Source: Finegoldia magna (GTDB lineage: Bacteria; Bacillota; Clostridia; Tissierellales; Peptoniphilaceae). From it: a DNA stretch of 64,000 nt. The translations under genes were made by a program, and so were the position numbers. This document shows, piece after piece, positions 63,699 through 64,000 of the stretch. Location: NCBI RefSeq assembly GCF_032482015.1, contig NZ_JAWERR010000004.1, one strand, 5' to 3'. The notes under the pieces are model-generated. The model worked only from the letters and a program-made list of their open reading frames with translations, was not told the DNA's origin and made no database searches. Positions within the stretch are counted from its first letter, which is position 1, and each line of letters begins with the position of its first letter.

Positions 63699-64000
63699 GT
63701 ACTTGTTCTCTTAATTTTTCAATCAAACTTTTAACTTCAATAACACAAACTGAAATAGATTCATCATTCGATTTTGAAGAAATTGTATTAATTTCGCGAT
63801 TCATTTCTTGAATTATAAAATCCAATTTACGTCCGATGCAATCTTTAATATCCATTGTAGATTTAAATTGAACTATATGTGAATCAAATCTCTTTAATTC
63901 TTCGTTAATGTCAGCTTTATCAGCCATTAAAGCAACTTCCAAGTACATTCTATCCTTATCAATTTTTTCTTCATCTAACAATTCAGATATTTTATTAAAC
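63685..64000 (-). CDS. yicC: YicC family stress-induced protein, C-terminal part (gene runs off the right edge)
   Basis: The frame stays open to position 64000. C-terminal motif GRKLDFIIQEMNREINTISSKS...LREQVQNIE. Confidence 0.88.
   Translation of the reverse strand, partial: FNKISELLDEEKIDKDRMYLEVALMADKADINEELKRFDSHIVQFKSTMDIKDCIGRKLDFIIQEMNREINTISSKSNDESISVCVIEVKSLIEKLREQVQNIE

Noticed and set aside
1-64000. CRISPR arrays, rRNA genes, IS elements, large direct or inverted repeats
   Set aside because: Reading through the intergenic regions I saw only terminator hairpins, promoter elements and one 14-bp tandem duplication. There is no regularly spaced repeat-spacer structure and no transposase-like ORF.

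Overview
Visibly AT-rich chromosomal segment of a low-GC Firmicute; the gene content looks Clostridia/Tissierellia-like, which is an inference. It holds about 75 tightly packed CDS, almost all on the minus strand, and is mostly core housekeeping. The right half reproduces the Bacillus subtilis ylo/ylb synteny: yicC-remA-gmk-rpoZ-coaBC-priA-def-fmt-rsmB-rlmN-prpC-prkC-rsgA-rpe-thiN, divergent rpmB, asp23-yloV-recG, then rsmD-coaD. The left half carries pyrB-pyrI-pyrC, nth/nfo, rodA-luxS, selD, comEA, an NlpC/P60 hydrolase, rpsB-tsf-pyrH-frr, topA, infC-rpmI-rplT with an L20-type leader, mprF, a heterodimeric ABC exporter, thrS with a Thr T-box, hisS and a tRNA Phe-Gly-Cys operon. I found no CRISPR array, rRNA, transposase, integrase or prophage genes. 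The non-routine parts are listed here. (1) A three-gene cassette next to the tRNA operon (34138-36025): a degenerate macro-like protein, a cytoplasmic Zn phospholipase-C/S1-P1-nuclease-like protein and an unknown helical protein. (2) A GNAT-like plus pentein-like fusion ORF coupled to hisS, apparently expressed only by read-through from the tRNA operon. (3) A tight operon (16107-20907) of a PC4-like ssDNA binder, an SbcD-like nuclease, an SbcC/Rad50-like ATPase with a transmembrane hairpin where the zinc hook would sit, a second metallophosphoesterase and a CYTH protein, running into topA. (4) Fur-box-like operators on the DUF3793-flavodoxin promoter. (5) An orphan response regulator with a degenerate receiver pocket. 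All functional calls come from motif recognition by eye. No searches were run.
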